Positions 8,661 to 16,528 of a stretch of 34,965 bases of DNA are shown piece by piece. Under the pieces are notes generated by a model that was given only the letters and a program-made list of their open reading frames with translations, searched no databases and had not been told where the DNA came from. This DNA comes from Lentisphaeria bacterium (GTDB lineage Bacteria > Verrucomicrobiota > Lentisphaeria > Oligosphaerales > PUNB01): the NCBI GenBank assembly GCA_007130365.1, contig SLSR01000233.1, positions 1 through 34,965 on the forward strand, read 5' to 3'. Made by a program: the position numbers and the translations under genes. How positions within the stretch are numbered: position 1 is the first letter of the stretch; the number at the start of each line of letters is the position of its first letter.

Positions 8661-9926
8661 CTATTCATGGCGCAAGGCCACGATCGGGTCGAGGTTGGCG
8701 GCGCGCACCGCCGGGTACAGTCCGAAGACAATGCCGACGGAAAGCGAAATCCCGACCGACAGAAAGATCGACCAGCCGGTGATCACGGTCGGCATGTCGG
8801 CAATCATCGTGATCAAGGCCGGGATCGACACCCCGAACCCGATCCCGACCGCGCCGCCGAGCCCGGAGAGCACCATGGTTTCAATCAGGAACTGCCCCGT
8901 AATCTGGCGGCGCTTGGCTCCGATCGCCCGGCGCACCCCGATTTCACGCGTCCGCTCGGTGACCGAAGCCAGCATAATGTTCATGATCCCGATCCCGCCG
9001 ACCAGCAGGCTGATCCCGGCGATCGAGCCCAGGACGATGTTGAAAGTCCGCTTGGTGGCTTCGGCCTGTCGCAAAAGCGCCAGGGGCACGCGGATCGCAT
9101 AGTCCGGCCGTCCGTGAAAGCGCTCGAACATGGCGGCGATCCCGGCGGCGGTTCTCTCCACATGCTCCAATTCGTCGACCTCGACGATCAACTGGTGCAG
9201 ATCGACCTGCTCGATCTCCTGCGACCCCGCCTGCCGACGCACTGAAATGTCGCCGTAGCGCTGGCGCGCCACCTGGATCGGGATATAGGCGTCGATCTGC
9301 TGATCCGGGGTTTGCCCTCCGGCTACGCCCTCTTCGCTTTCGACAATCCCCACCACTTCGTAGACATAGGCGCCAATGCGCAGGGACTGGCCGATCACAT
9401 TGGAGGCGGCCAGCAGACGGCGCGCCCCAAACTCGGTGAGCACCACCGGATTGCCCCCGCGATGAAGATCCTCGCCGACCAACACCCGGCCGGCCAGCAG
9501 CGGCCTCTGCACCAGCTCGAACCACTCGTGGGTGGTGCCGACCACGCGCAGATCAAGCGCCCGACCGGCCAGCCTGCCCTCCTGCCGCAAAACCTTGACC
9601 GGCACAATCCGGCGCACGTCGCCAAAGCTTTCCGCGATCCGCATCTGATCGTTGTAGGTAATGCCGTACACACTCATTCGCGCCCCGGAGTCGCCGCTCT
9701 GTTCATCGTCGATCGGCTTGATCGAATCGATGATGATATTATGCGATCCCAGGCTGCGAATCTGCTCCAGCGCCTGCATGCTGGCACCTTCGCCGACCGC
9801 CAGCATGGCAACCACCGAGCCGACCCCGAAAACCACTCCGAGCATCGTCAGCATCGAGCGCAGCTTGTGCAGCATCAGGGTCTTCAGCCCCAGCCTAATG
9901 TTCAATATGGTGCGAGCCACAATCAT
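8661..9926 (-). CDS. MacB/FtsX-family ABC transporter permease
   Basis: 421 aa. N-terminal TM (LRSMLTMLGVVFGVGSVVAML), a large periplasmic domain, and a C-terminal FtsX-type TM bundle. Lies 15 nt downstream of the ATPase gene. Confidence 0.9.
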   Translation of the reverse strand: MIVARTILNIRLGLKTLMLHKLRSMLTMLGVVFGVGSVVAMLAVGEGASMQALEQIRSLGSHNIIIDSIKPIDDEQSGDSGARMSVYGITYNDQMRIAESFGDVRRIVPVKVLRQEGRLAGRALDLRVVGTTHEWFELVQRPLLAGRVLVGEDLHRGGNPVVLTEFGARRLLAASNVIGQSLRIGAYVYEVVGIVESEEGVAGGQTPDQQIDAYIPIQVARQRYGDISVRRQAGSQEIEQVDLHQLIVEVDELEHVERTAAGIAAMFERFHGRPDYAIRVPLALLRQAEATKRTFNIVLGSIAGISLLVGGIGIMNIMLASVTERTREIGVRRAIGAKRRQITGQFLIETMVLSGLGGAVGIGFGVSIPALITMIADMPTVITGWSIFLSVGISLSVGIVFGLYPAVRAANLDPIVALRHE

Positions 9927-9941
9927 GGCCTTGACTCCTGT

Positions 9942-10640
9942 TCATTCCATGCGGTCGATCAGACCGTCGCGCATGTGCAGGCGGCGGCCGGCCCGCGCCG
10001 CGATATCCGATTCGTGCGTGACCATGACGATGGTCTTGCCCTGCTCGTTCAAGGTCTGCAGCAGATCCATAATCTGGGCGCTGGTCGAGCTGTCGAGATT
10101 GCCGGTGGGTTCATCGGCCAGAATGATCTTCGGATCGTTGGCCAGAGCGCGAGCCACCGCCACCCGCTGCTGCTGGCCGCCGGACAGTTCAGCCGGCCGA
10201 TGGCCAAGCCGGTCGCCCAGACCAACCTGCTCGGCCAGCTCGGCCGCCCGCTCCGCACTGTGCAGGGCATCCCAGCCAAGATAGAAAAGCGGCAGTTCTA
10301 TGTTCTCCCTGACCGTGAGCTGGGGAATCAGATTAAAGCTCTGAAAGACAAAGCCGAGATAGCGCAACCGCAAATCGCTGAGACGATTGTCGTCGAGACT
10401 GCCGACATCCTCCCGATAGAGCCGGTAATTGCCCGAAGTCGGCCGATCCAGACAGCCGAGCAGGTTCAGCATGGTACTCTTGCCCGAACCGCTGGCCCCC
10501 ATAATCGCCCAATACTCGCCGATCCCGAAAGTCATGGTCACTCCGGCCAGGGCATGCACCTCCTGACTGCCCATGATATAAGTCTTGCGCACTTCGCGCA
10601 ACTCGATGGCCGCACCCTTGTTGGTTGCCTGCAAGGTCAT
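9942..10640 (-). CDS. ABC transporter ATP-binding protein (MacB/LolD-type)
   Basis: 232 aa. Walker A GASGSGKST, signature LSGGQQQRV, Walker B ILADEPTGNLD. Confidence 0.95.
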   Translation of the reverse strand: MTLQATNKGAAIELREVRKTYIMGSQEVHALAGVTMTFGIGEYWAIMGASGSGKSTMLNLLGCLDRPTSGNYRLYREDVGSLDDNRLSDLRLRYLGFVFQSFNLIPQLTVRENIELPLFYLGWDALHSAERAAELAEQVGLGDRLGHRPAELSGGQQQRVAVARALANDPKIILADEPTGNLDSSTSAQIMDLLQTLNEQGKTIVMVTHESDIAARAGRRLHMRDGLIDRME

Positions 10641-10707
10641 GTTTTAGTTCTACCAGTTCCTGTTAGTCTGATTAATTAACGGGTCAAGTTCCTCTAACAC
10701 TTCCTGC

Positions 10708-10748
10708 ATCAGATCGGACTAATCGGACGGATCAGACAGATCAGACAA
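10708..10748 (+). repeat. 9-bp tandem array, GATC-phased (units GATCGGACT / AATCGGACG / GATCAGACA / GATCAGACA)
   Basis: GATC at 10712, 10730 and 10739, plus AATC at 10721, all exactly 9 bp apart. The array lies 68 bp upstream of the ABC ATPase ATG (10640). Confidence 0.75.
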
Positions 10749-10879
10749 CCGCCCCTGCGCCACCTGACCACTTGCAAGCTAAATGGCTGGACAACTCTTG
10801 TGTCCATAAAATGTGGCTGCTCCCCGATACGGCCGGGGACGACCGTATTACCACCGGCCCACGCCGCATCATGCAACCG

Positions 10880-10929
10880 CCGCAGTTCCGCGTTTACGCG
10901 GCAGCCCCGGCGCGGCTTCAGCCCTCCGG
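10880..10929 (+). repeat. 50-nt dispersed element, copy A
   Basis: CCGCAGTTCCGCGTTTACGCGGCAG, 10 nt, then GCTTCAGCCC and TCCGG. The reverse complement of 14849-14898 matches it: 24/25 in the core, the same 10-nt gap, and an identical GCTTCAGCCC. The adaptor-gene stop codon (10920-10918) lies inside the element. Confidence 0.7.
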
Positions 10930-12717
10930 CCTCCGCTGTCCGCCCTCTGGCCGGCCGCCCTCAGGCGGTCGACCTCCCTCGCGCGGGCTACGTGGCCGCG
11001 GGTCTGCGCCCGCTCCAGGGGGCATATCCCCGCCTCGCTCACCGCGTCTTTGCCCGCCGCGCGGCGACGCTTCACCGACCTCGGGTGCAGGAGATTCAAC
11101 CGCGCTCGGAGGTAGTGCAGGGTCGGGAACCGGAGCCCCCATTGGCTCGACTTCCGAGGCCGCCTCGTCCGGCGCCTGCTCCCGATCCTGTCGGTCGGCC
11201 TCGCGCAGGGGCGGCGCCAAAAGCACCACTTCCCCCTCGGCCAAGCCCTCGAGGACATGCACCATGCGGTTGTTGTCCAACCCCATCTCCACCGGTCTTG
11301 GCTCAAATTCACCGCTGCGCGAACGCACGTAAACCGTCGGTTGATTGCCGACTCGAATCACCGCCTGAATCGGGACAAAAAGCGCGTTCGGATAATGATC
11401 CACCAGAACCTCGGCCCGGCAAGTCATGCCGGTGCGAATCTCGGGAGTCGCGTTGTCCAGGTGAATATCGGTATTGTACAGCTTCAAGTCCGGGTTCAGC
11501 CAACTGCTGGCGGCATCCGGCAAAGGTGCGATCCTGACCACCCGCCCGCGATACTCGCGCCCCGGCAGCGCATCCACCGTGACCCGCACCGACTGACCGA
11601 CCCTCACCTTTTCCAAGGCCGACTCGTGAACCTTCACTTCAACCATCATGGATCCGGGCGAAGGCAGCAGGATCAAAGTCTGGCGCTCCCGCACCGTCTG
11701 CCCCTCCTGCAAAGGTTCGCTGGCCTGCCAGCGCCGGGCCTGGCCGGTAGTGGCGTACACCACCATGCCGCTCTGCGGAGCCAGGATCCTGGTCTTCTCG
11801 ATCTGTTGATTGATATTGGCCAGACGGTCGCGCTGTCGGGAGAACTCCGATTCGCGCGCCTTCAGCTCGGCCTCCGCCTGGACAATGTCGGCGGAAGCCC
11901 GCAGGCGCACGCGCTCCAGCGACATCTCGGCCTGCTGCGCGTTGCTGCGCAACTCGTCAAGCCGACGGCTGTGCGTGAAGTTGTCGAGCAGTTCCATGTC
12001 GGCCAAGGCCAGATCATGGTTCAACTGCGCCCGCTGATAGGCCAGTCGGTCGCGATCCAGTTCGGTTTGCGAAATGTACTGCTCCCCGAACAACTGCTCG
12101 GACCAGGCCAGGGTGCCGGCCGCCTGCTCCATCTCTTCGCGCGCCATGGTAATGCGGGACTCCAGCTCCTTGACCTGCTTCGGGAAATCACCCTGCTCGT
12201 ACTTGACCAAATCCTCGCGGGCAAACTGCAAATCCAACTCGGCCCGCGCAATGTCGGCCTCGGTCTGATTGCGGGTTACCGCCAGGTTTTCGCGAGCCCG
12301 AATGAATGCGGCCTCCGCATTCTGAACCCGGATTTGCTGATCGACCAGGGATTCGTTGAGCCGCGAGGCGTCCAGCTCCACCAGCAGTTCGCCCTTTTCG
12401 ACATGCGTCCCCTCCTCGACCAGGTAGAGAATCGTGGACTGCCCCTCGACCTCGCTCTTGATCTCGGCCTGATTCAAGGCGCGAATCGACCCCGACTCGG
12501 CCACACTGATCGTGAGCGGGCCGCGACGAACCTCGAAAACCGGGCGCGTCTCAAGCTCGCCGCCATCTCCGGACAGCCAAAAACCGATCGCGACCACGAC
12601 CGCAAAAACGATCAGAGCAAGCCAAAAGCGAGGTCGCCGCGGCGACCAGCCGGAACTGGAGAGCAACCGTTGCCCCCTAGTTTGTGAAACTTCACTGCCT
12701 GAAACTGCATTCATCAT
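10918..12717 (-). CDS. HlyD/MacA-family periplasmic adaptor with a Pro/Gly/Arg/Glu-rich C-terminal tail
   Basis: 599 aa. N-terminal TM anchor (FWLALIVFAVVVAIGFWL), a long coiled-coil segment, and C-terminal beta domains. The last ~95 aa are low complexity (...GGQRRGERGGDMPPGAGADPRPRSPREGGRPPEGGRPEGGQRRPEG). Confidence 0.9.
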   Translation of the reverse strand: MMNAVSGSEVSQTRGQRLLSSSGWSPRRPRFWLALIVFAVVVAIGFWLSGDGGELETRPVFEVRRGPLTISVAESGSIRALNQAEIKSEVEGQSTILYLVEEGTHVEKGELLVELDASRLNESLVDQQIRVQNAEAAFIRARENLAVTRNQTEADIARAELDLQFAREDLVKYEQGDFPKQVKELESRITMAREEMEQAAGTLAWSEQLFGEQYISQTELDRDRLAYQRAQLNHDLALADMELLDNFTHSRRLDELRSNAQQAEMSLERVRLRASADIVQAEAELKARESEFSRQRDRLANINQQIEKTRILAPQSGMVVYATTGQARRWQASEPLQEGQTVRERQTLILLPSPGSMMVEVKVHESALEKVRVGQSVRVTVDALPGREYRGRVVRIAPLPDAASSWLNPDLKLYNTDIHLDNATPEIRTGMTCRAEVLVDHYPNALFVPIQAVIRVGNQPTVYVRSRSGEFEPRPVEMGLDNNRMVHVLEGLAEGEVVLLAPPLREADRQDREQAPDEAASEVEPMGAPVPDPALPPSAVESPAPEVGEASPRGGQRRGERGGDMPPGAGADPRPRSPREGGRPPEGGRPEGGQRRPEG

Positions 12718-12770
12718 TCAATTCCCGATTTTATGCTGAATAATTCAAGTTTGGGGATAACACTTTCCAC

Positions 12771-12806
12771 ATCAGACCGGACGGATCGGACGGATCAGAC
12801 GGATCG
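12771..12806 (+). repeat. 9-bp tandem array, GATC-phased (units GACCGGACG / GATCGGACG / GATCAGACG / GATCGCG...)
   Basis: GATC at 12784, 12793 and 12802 (spacing 9, 9), with a degenerate in-phase GACC at 12775. The array lies 54 bp upstream of the adaptor ATG (12717). Confidence 0.8.
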
Positions 12807-12939
12807 CGCCCGGTGGTGGCGTAAGTGCCCTTTTTCGCGTGTTTCGCGTATTTCGTGGTTAAAAAACATAGCCGCTCACCTGACCACCTTTCGTGTGGTC
12901 AGGGCAGGGACGACCGTGTTGCCGGCAGGTCGCGGCCGC

Positions 12940-14811
12940 TCACGGTTCGAACTCGCGCCACAACCCGTCCTCCGCCACCTGCAAGACTCCCAGGTCGCGC
13001 TGCAGTTCAAGCTCCCCCATCCGATAGGCCACGATCGCGGCGGTCAACGAGTTGCGGGCCGAAATCAAGGCTTCCTGCGCCTCCAGCACATCACGGATCG
13101 CCGCCCGTCCCGCTTCCAGGAACAAGTCCGTGCTCTCGACCCGACGGCTGGCCACGCGCACCGCCTGCGACTGAATCCGCAAGGTCTCGCGAGCCTCCTG
13201 CAAGTTGCGCAATTGGTTGCGCACCTGAACCTTGACTTGGTCTTCGCTGTCCTGCGCCTCGCGCAGCGCCCGCTCCAGATTAATCAGACTTTGCCGGTAG
13301 CGATTCCGTTCCGCCGTCCGACGCCAGGGAAAATCAAGCGAAAGGAAGGAGGAATAAACCCCTTCCTCGGGTCGCAAACGGGCATTCTCGGAGTCGGCGC
13401 CGGCCAGTCCGCGACCTTCGCCGAAAGCGCCGCTGCCGCCGAGCGTGGCCTCGATCTTCAACTGGTCGGCGGCGACCACCACTTTCCTCTGCGCGTCGTA
13501 CACCCGACTCTGCGCAATCCGCAAGTCATGGCGATGCTCGAAGGCCAGCTCGAGCGCCGTCGCCTCCGCCATTTCAAGCGGGCCGGCCGCGACCGGCACG
13601 GAAAAGTCGACCTCCTCCTCCTCGGCCTGGGCAAGGTCGGTGAAAGCCTCCGGCAGGCGCTGCCTGACGAAGGCGGAAACCTGCTCCAGCTCGCCATCGT
13701 CAAGTTCCAGCTCGGCATCCGGCGGCAACCCCAGGCTCAACTTGAAGTTGTCCAACTGCCTCGCGTAGGCCTGGCGCGCGGCAATCCAGCGATTGCGGGC
13801 GCGCAGTTCATCCTGGGCCGCCTGATCGGCCTGGATCTCGGGCAGCCGCCCGGCCGCCGCCAACTGCCGGGTACGCCGGGCCGACTCAAGAAGCCGACGG
13901 TAGTTGTCTTCGGCATTGTCCACCTGATCGCGCTGCGCCAGCACATTGAAATAGGCGTTCGCGATCTGCACCGAGAACCCCTGCTTGAAACGCTCGAACT
14001 CCCAAACCGCGTACAAAAGATCAAACTCCGCCTGGGTCAGGGGCTCCCGCGCAATATGCCGGCCGGCTCCGCGGCCCAGGGGAATCGTAACCCCGGTGTC
14101 CGCCCGCAAGCCCCACGAGGAAGCGCGGCTCTGCGTCAACAACTTGACCAAGTCCACGGTCAGCGACGCGGCGATTCGGGAACCGCCGGCCAGTCGACGG
14201 GAAAAACTCGGTTCCAGCCTGCCGGTCGCCCCGGAAACCGCCTCGTCACCGCGCAGGTCGCTGCTGATTTCGCCCCGCAGCATGGCGCCCAGGGTGCCGC
14301 GGAAGGCTTCGGCCTCAAGATCCAGGCCGAGCGCGGCGGCAAACAAGGCCTCTTTGCGATTTTGATATTCGCGACTGTTGTAGGCGGCCGCCTGCAAAGC
14401 GTCAATCAAGGTCAGCACCGGAATCTTCGAGCCGGCCGGAGCCGCCGCCTCGTCGGACTCGGCGGCAAACCAATCCGGCGGCCGCAGAGTTGCCCGCTTC
14501 AGGTAGTCGCGATCCGGCCAGCGCCGGATTTCAGGCAGAGTGTCGAGACCGAGAAAGGCGGGGTCGGAAATCGGCAAGTCCTGCTGCTCGAACAAACGGC
14601 GGCGAAAGGTATCCGAAGGGCGTTCCACGGCAAACGGCGCGGCCTGCTGCCCCAGCGCCTGCTCACGGGCTTTTTCGATCGCCCGATAGGCCGCTTTGTC
14701 GGCTTGGCGGCGCCAGACCGCGGGAGTCCGGCAACCCGCCACGCCAATAACGAGGGCAACGCTCAAGGCTCCGCCGCAAAGCGGGTGGTAAAATATATTT
14801 TCCGGTGTCAT
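12940..14811 (-). CDS. TolC-family outer-membrane efflux protein (lipoprotein)
   Basis: 623 aa. Signal peptide with lipobox VIGVAGC. Long helical repeats typical of outer-membrane factor proteins. First gene of the tolC / adaptor / ATPase / permease array. Confidence 0.85.
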   Translation of the reverse strand: MTPENIFYHPLCGGALSVALVIGVAGCRTPAVWRRQADKAAYRAIEKAREQALGQQAAPFAVERPSDTFRRRLFEQQDLPISDPAFLGLDTLPEIRRWPDRDYLKRATLRPPDWFAAESDEAAAPAGSKIPVLTLIDALQAAAYNSREYQNRKEALFAAALGLDLEAEAFRGTLGAMLRGEISSDLRGDEAVSGATGRLEPSFSRRLAGGSRIAASLTVDLVKLLTQSRASSWGLRADTGVTIPLGRGAGRHIAREPLTQAEFDLLYAVWEFERFKQGFSVQIANAYFNVLAQRDQVDNAEDNYRRLLESARRTRQLAAAGRLPEIQADQAAQDELRARNRWIAARQAYARQLDNFKLSLGLPPDAELELDDGELEQVSAFVRQRLPEAFTDLAQAEEEEVDFSVPVAAGPLEMAEATALELAFEHRHDLRIAQSRVYDAQRKVVVAADQLKIEATLGGSGAFGEGRGLAGADSENARLRPEEGVYSSFLSLDFPWRRTAERNRYRQSLINLERALREAQDSEDQVKVQVRNQLRNLQEARETLRIQSQAVRVASRRVESTDLFLEAGRAAIRDVLEAQEALISARNSLTAAIVAYRMGELELQRDLGVLQVAEDGLWREFEP

Positions 14812-14848
14812 TAGTGAAGATTAGTGGTTAAAGCATGCCTTCCTGCGA

Positions 14849-14898
14849 CCGGCGGGCTGAAGCACCGCCTCCACTGCCGCGCAAACGCGGAACTGCGG
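14849..14898 (-). repeat. 50-nt dispersed element, copy B (inverted relative to copy A)
   Basis: Reverse complement reads CCGCAGTTCCGCGTTTGCGCGGCAG, 10 nt, GCTTCAGCCC, GCCGG. Lies 38-87 nt upstream of the tolC-family ATG (14811). Confidence 0.7.
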
Positions 14899-15114
14899 CA
14901 GCTTATTGCCCCTTCTCATGCTTCCTGTTCCATATTCGCATGAATTAATCAGGCTAGCAATATGCAAAAGATCGAAGTCCTGATTCAATATAACGCCGGG
15001 AATCCGATTTTATTGCCGACACGCATGTAATCGGCCAAATTTCCGCTATATTATTAGCAGGCAACAATCAACAGCCCTTGCAACAACCTCGAAACCAACT
15101 TTGGATTGCGTGTC

Positions 15115-15927
15115 GTGTACTACGATTACTACGGCTTCCGCGAGGCGCCGTTCAACATCACACCGGATCCGCGCTTTCTCTTTCTGAGCGATGCCCACCA
15201 GGAAGCGCTGCAGCATCTCCACTACGGAGTTCAGGATCGCAAAGGCTTTATCCAACTGACCGGAGAAGTCGGCTGCGGCAAGACCACCGTGTGCCGGAAG
15301 TTCTTCGAGCAGCTCGACAGCCGCTACATCACCGCGCTGGTTTTCAATCCGATGCTTTCGGAAAGCCAGCTGCTGCGCACCATTCTGCAGGACTTCGGAG
15401 TGGAGACCAAAACCAACACGCGCTCGACCAACTACGAACGGCTCAACCGCTTTCTGCTCGAGCAGACGGCGGCCGGCAGACTGGCGGTAGTGGTGATCGA
15501 CGAAGCCCAGAACCTGCCGACCGCCATGCTGGAAAACCTGCGCCTGCTCTCCAATCTGGAGACCGACGACCGCAAGCTGCTCCAGATCATTCTGATCGGA
15601 CAGCCGGAGCTGCGCGACAAGCTGAACGCCACCGAGCTGCGGCAACTGCGCCAGCGGATCACCATCCGCTATCATCTCGGCCCGCTCAGCGAAGAGGACA
15701 CCGAGCGCTATCTGCAGCATCGGATCAGTATCGCCGGCAGCCAGGGCATTCCCTATTTCGAACGCTCGGCGGTGCGTCGCATCCATCGCTACTCAAAAGG
15801 CATTCCGCGCCTGATCAACGCCCTGGCCGACAAGGCGCTGCTCGGGAGCTTTGTCAGGCGCACCAACCGCATCAACCAACGCCTTGTCAAGCTGGCGGAG
15901 CGAGAGCTGGAGGGGACTTTCCAATGA
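15115..15927 (+). CDS. GspA/ExeA/MshM-family AAA ATPase
   Basis: Walker A GEVGCGKTT. N-terminus (M)YYDYYGFREAPFNITPDPRFLF is typical of the family. The start is ambiguous: GTG 15115 is preferred over the track's TTG 15106. The stop overlaps the next ATG as ATGA (15924-15927). Confidence 0.85.
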   Translation: MYYDYYGFREAPFNITPDPRFLFLSDAHQEALQHLHYGVQDRKGFIQLTGEVGCGKTTVCRKFFEQLDSRYITALVFNPMLSESQLLRTILQDFGVETKTNTRSTNYERLNRFLLEQTAAGRLAVVVIDEAQNLPTAMLENLRLLSNLETDDRKLLQIILIGQPELRDKLNATELRQLRQRITIRYHLGPLSEEDTERYLQHRISIAGSQGIPYFERSAVRRIHRYSKGIPRLINALADKALLGSFVRRTNRINQRLVKLAERELEGTFQ

Positions 15928-16511
15928 GTCTGGTCAGCGATGCCTTGAAACAACTGCAGAACGGCTCCGAAAAGTCGGCCGGCAAACTGAAGGTAGGCGA
16001 GCCGCACGATGGGCAAAGGTGGCAGGCGCCGCAGGTGCCGCCGCCACCGGCGCCGCCCGAGCCGCCGCCCCGCAACCGCTGGAAAACGCTGGCCATTGTT
16101 CTGCTAGTCGTGATCAGCGCGGCCATCCTAGTCGCGGGCACCGTATTGACCATGCTGAACTACTTTTTCCCGGAGACTCCGGATCCCCTAAAGAAAGAGG
16201 AAGTCAGCCGGAGCCGAGCCGAAACCGCCTCCCGGCTTGGTGAACGCCTCTTTCCCCACCTGCAGTTGCCTTCGCGGGCGGCCGCGCCCGAGAGAGGGGA
16301 GCAGCTATCCATTGAAACCGTCGAGAAGAACTATCAGGTCACCCTGATCGCCAAGGCCGGGGCCTCGGCCATGGCGATCGTCAACAATCGAGTGGTCAAT
16401 GTCGGCGACCAACTAGTCGGCGGCGCCCGCGTCGTCGACATCCAGCCGCGCTTCCTCGAAATCGAGCTGGAAGGCCAGGTCTACCGCCTGCGTCCGCCAG
16501 CCGCCCCCTGA
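15924..16511 (+). CDS. GspB-like single-pass membrane protein
   Basis: Internal ATG of track ORF 15078-16511. N-terminus MSLVSDALKQLQ resembles the GspB/ExeB start. Pro-rich linker, one TM (WKTLAIVLLVVISAAILVAGTVL), and a C-terminal VNNRVVNVGDQLVGGARVVDIQPRFLEIELEGQVYRL module. Confidence 0.65.
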   Translation: MSLVSDALKQLQNGSEKSAGKLKVGEPHDGQRWQAPQVPPPPAPPEPPPRNRWKTLAIVLLVVISAAILVAGTVLTMLNYFFPETPDPLKKEEVSRSRAETASRLGERLFPHLQLPSRAAAPERGEQLSIETVEKNYQVTLIAKAGASAMAIVNNRVVNVGDQLVGGARVVDIQPRFLEIELEGQVYRLRPPAAP

Positions 16512-16528
16512 AGGAGCATCTCTCAGCC

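Noticed and set aside
10708-12806. The 9-bp tandem arrays as a CRISPR-like or minisatellite locus
   Set aside because: The units are directly adjacent with no spacers, only 3-4 copies occur per site, and no cas genes are present. They are short promoter-proximal tandem repeats, not CRISPR.
12733-14814. 693-aa + strand ORF, plus the similar long antisense ORFs at 3575-4939, 7017-8219, 9312-10679, 11257-12687, 16565-17494, 19820-21178, 21485-23416 and 26737-28116
   Set aside because: Each mirrors a confidently identified gene on the opposite strand (TolC, lipoprotein, UxaE-like, ABC components, adaptor, LplA, topoisomerase subunits, GNAT/ligase). Each translates to Arg/Gly/Pro/His-rich low-complexity sequence without recognisable motifs.
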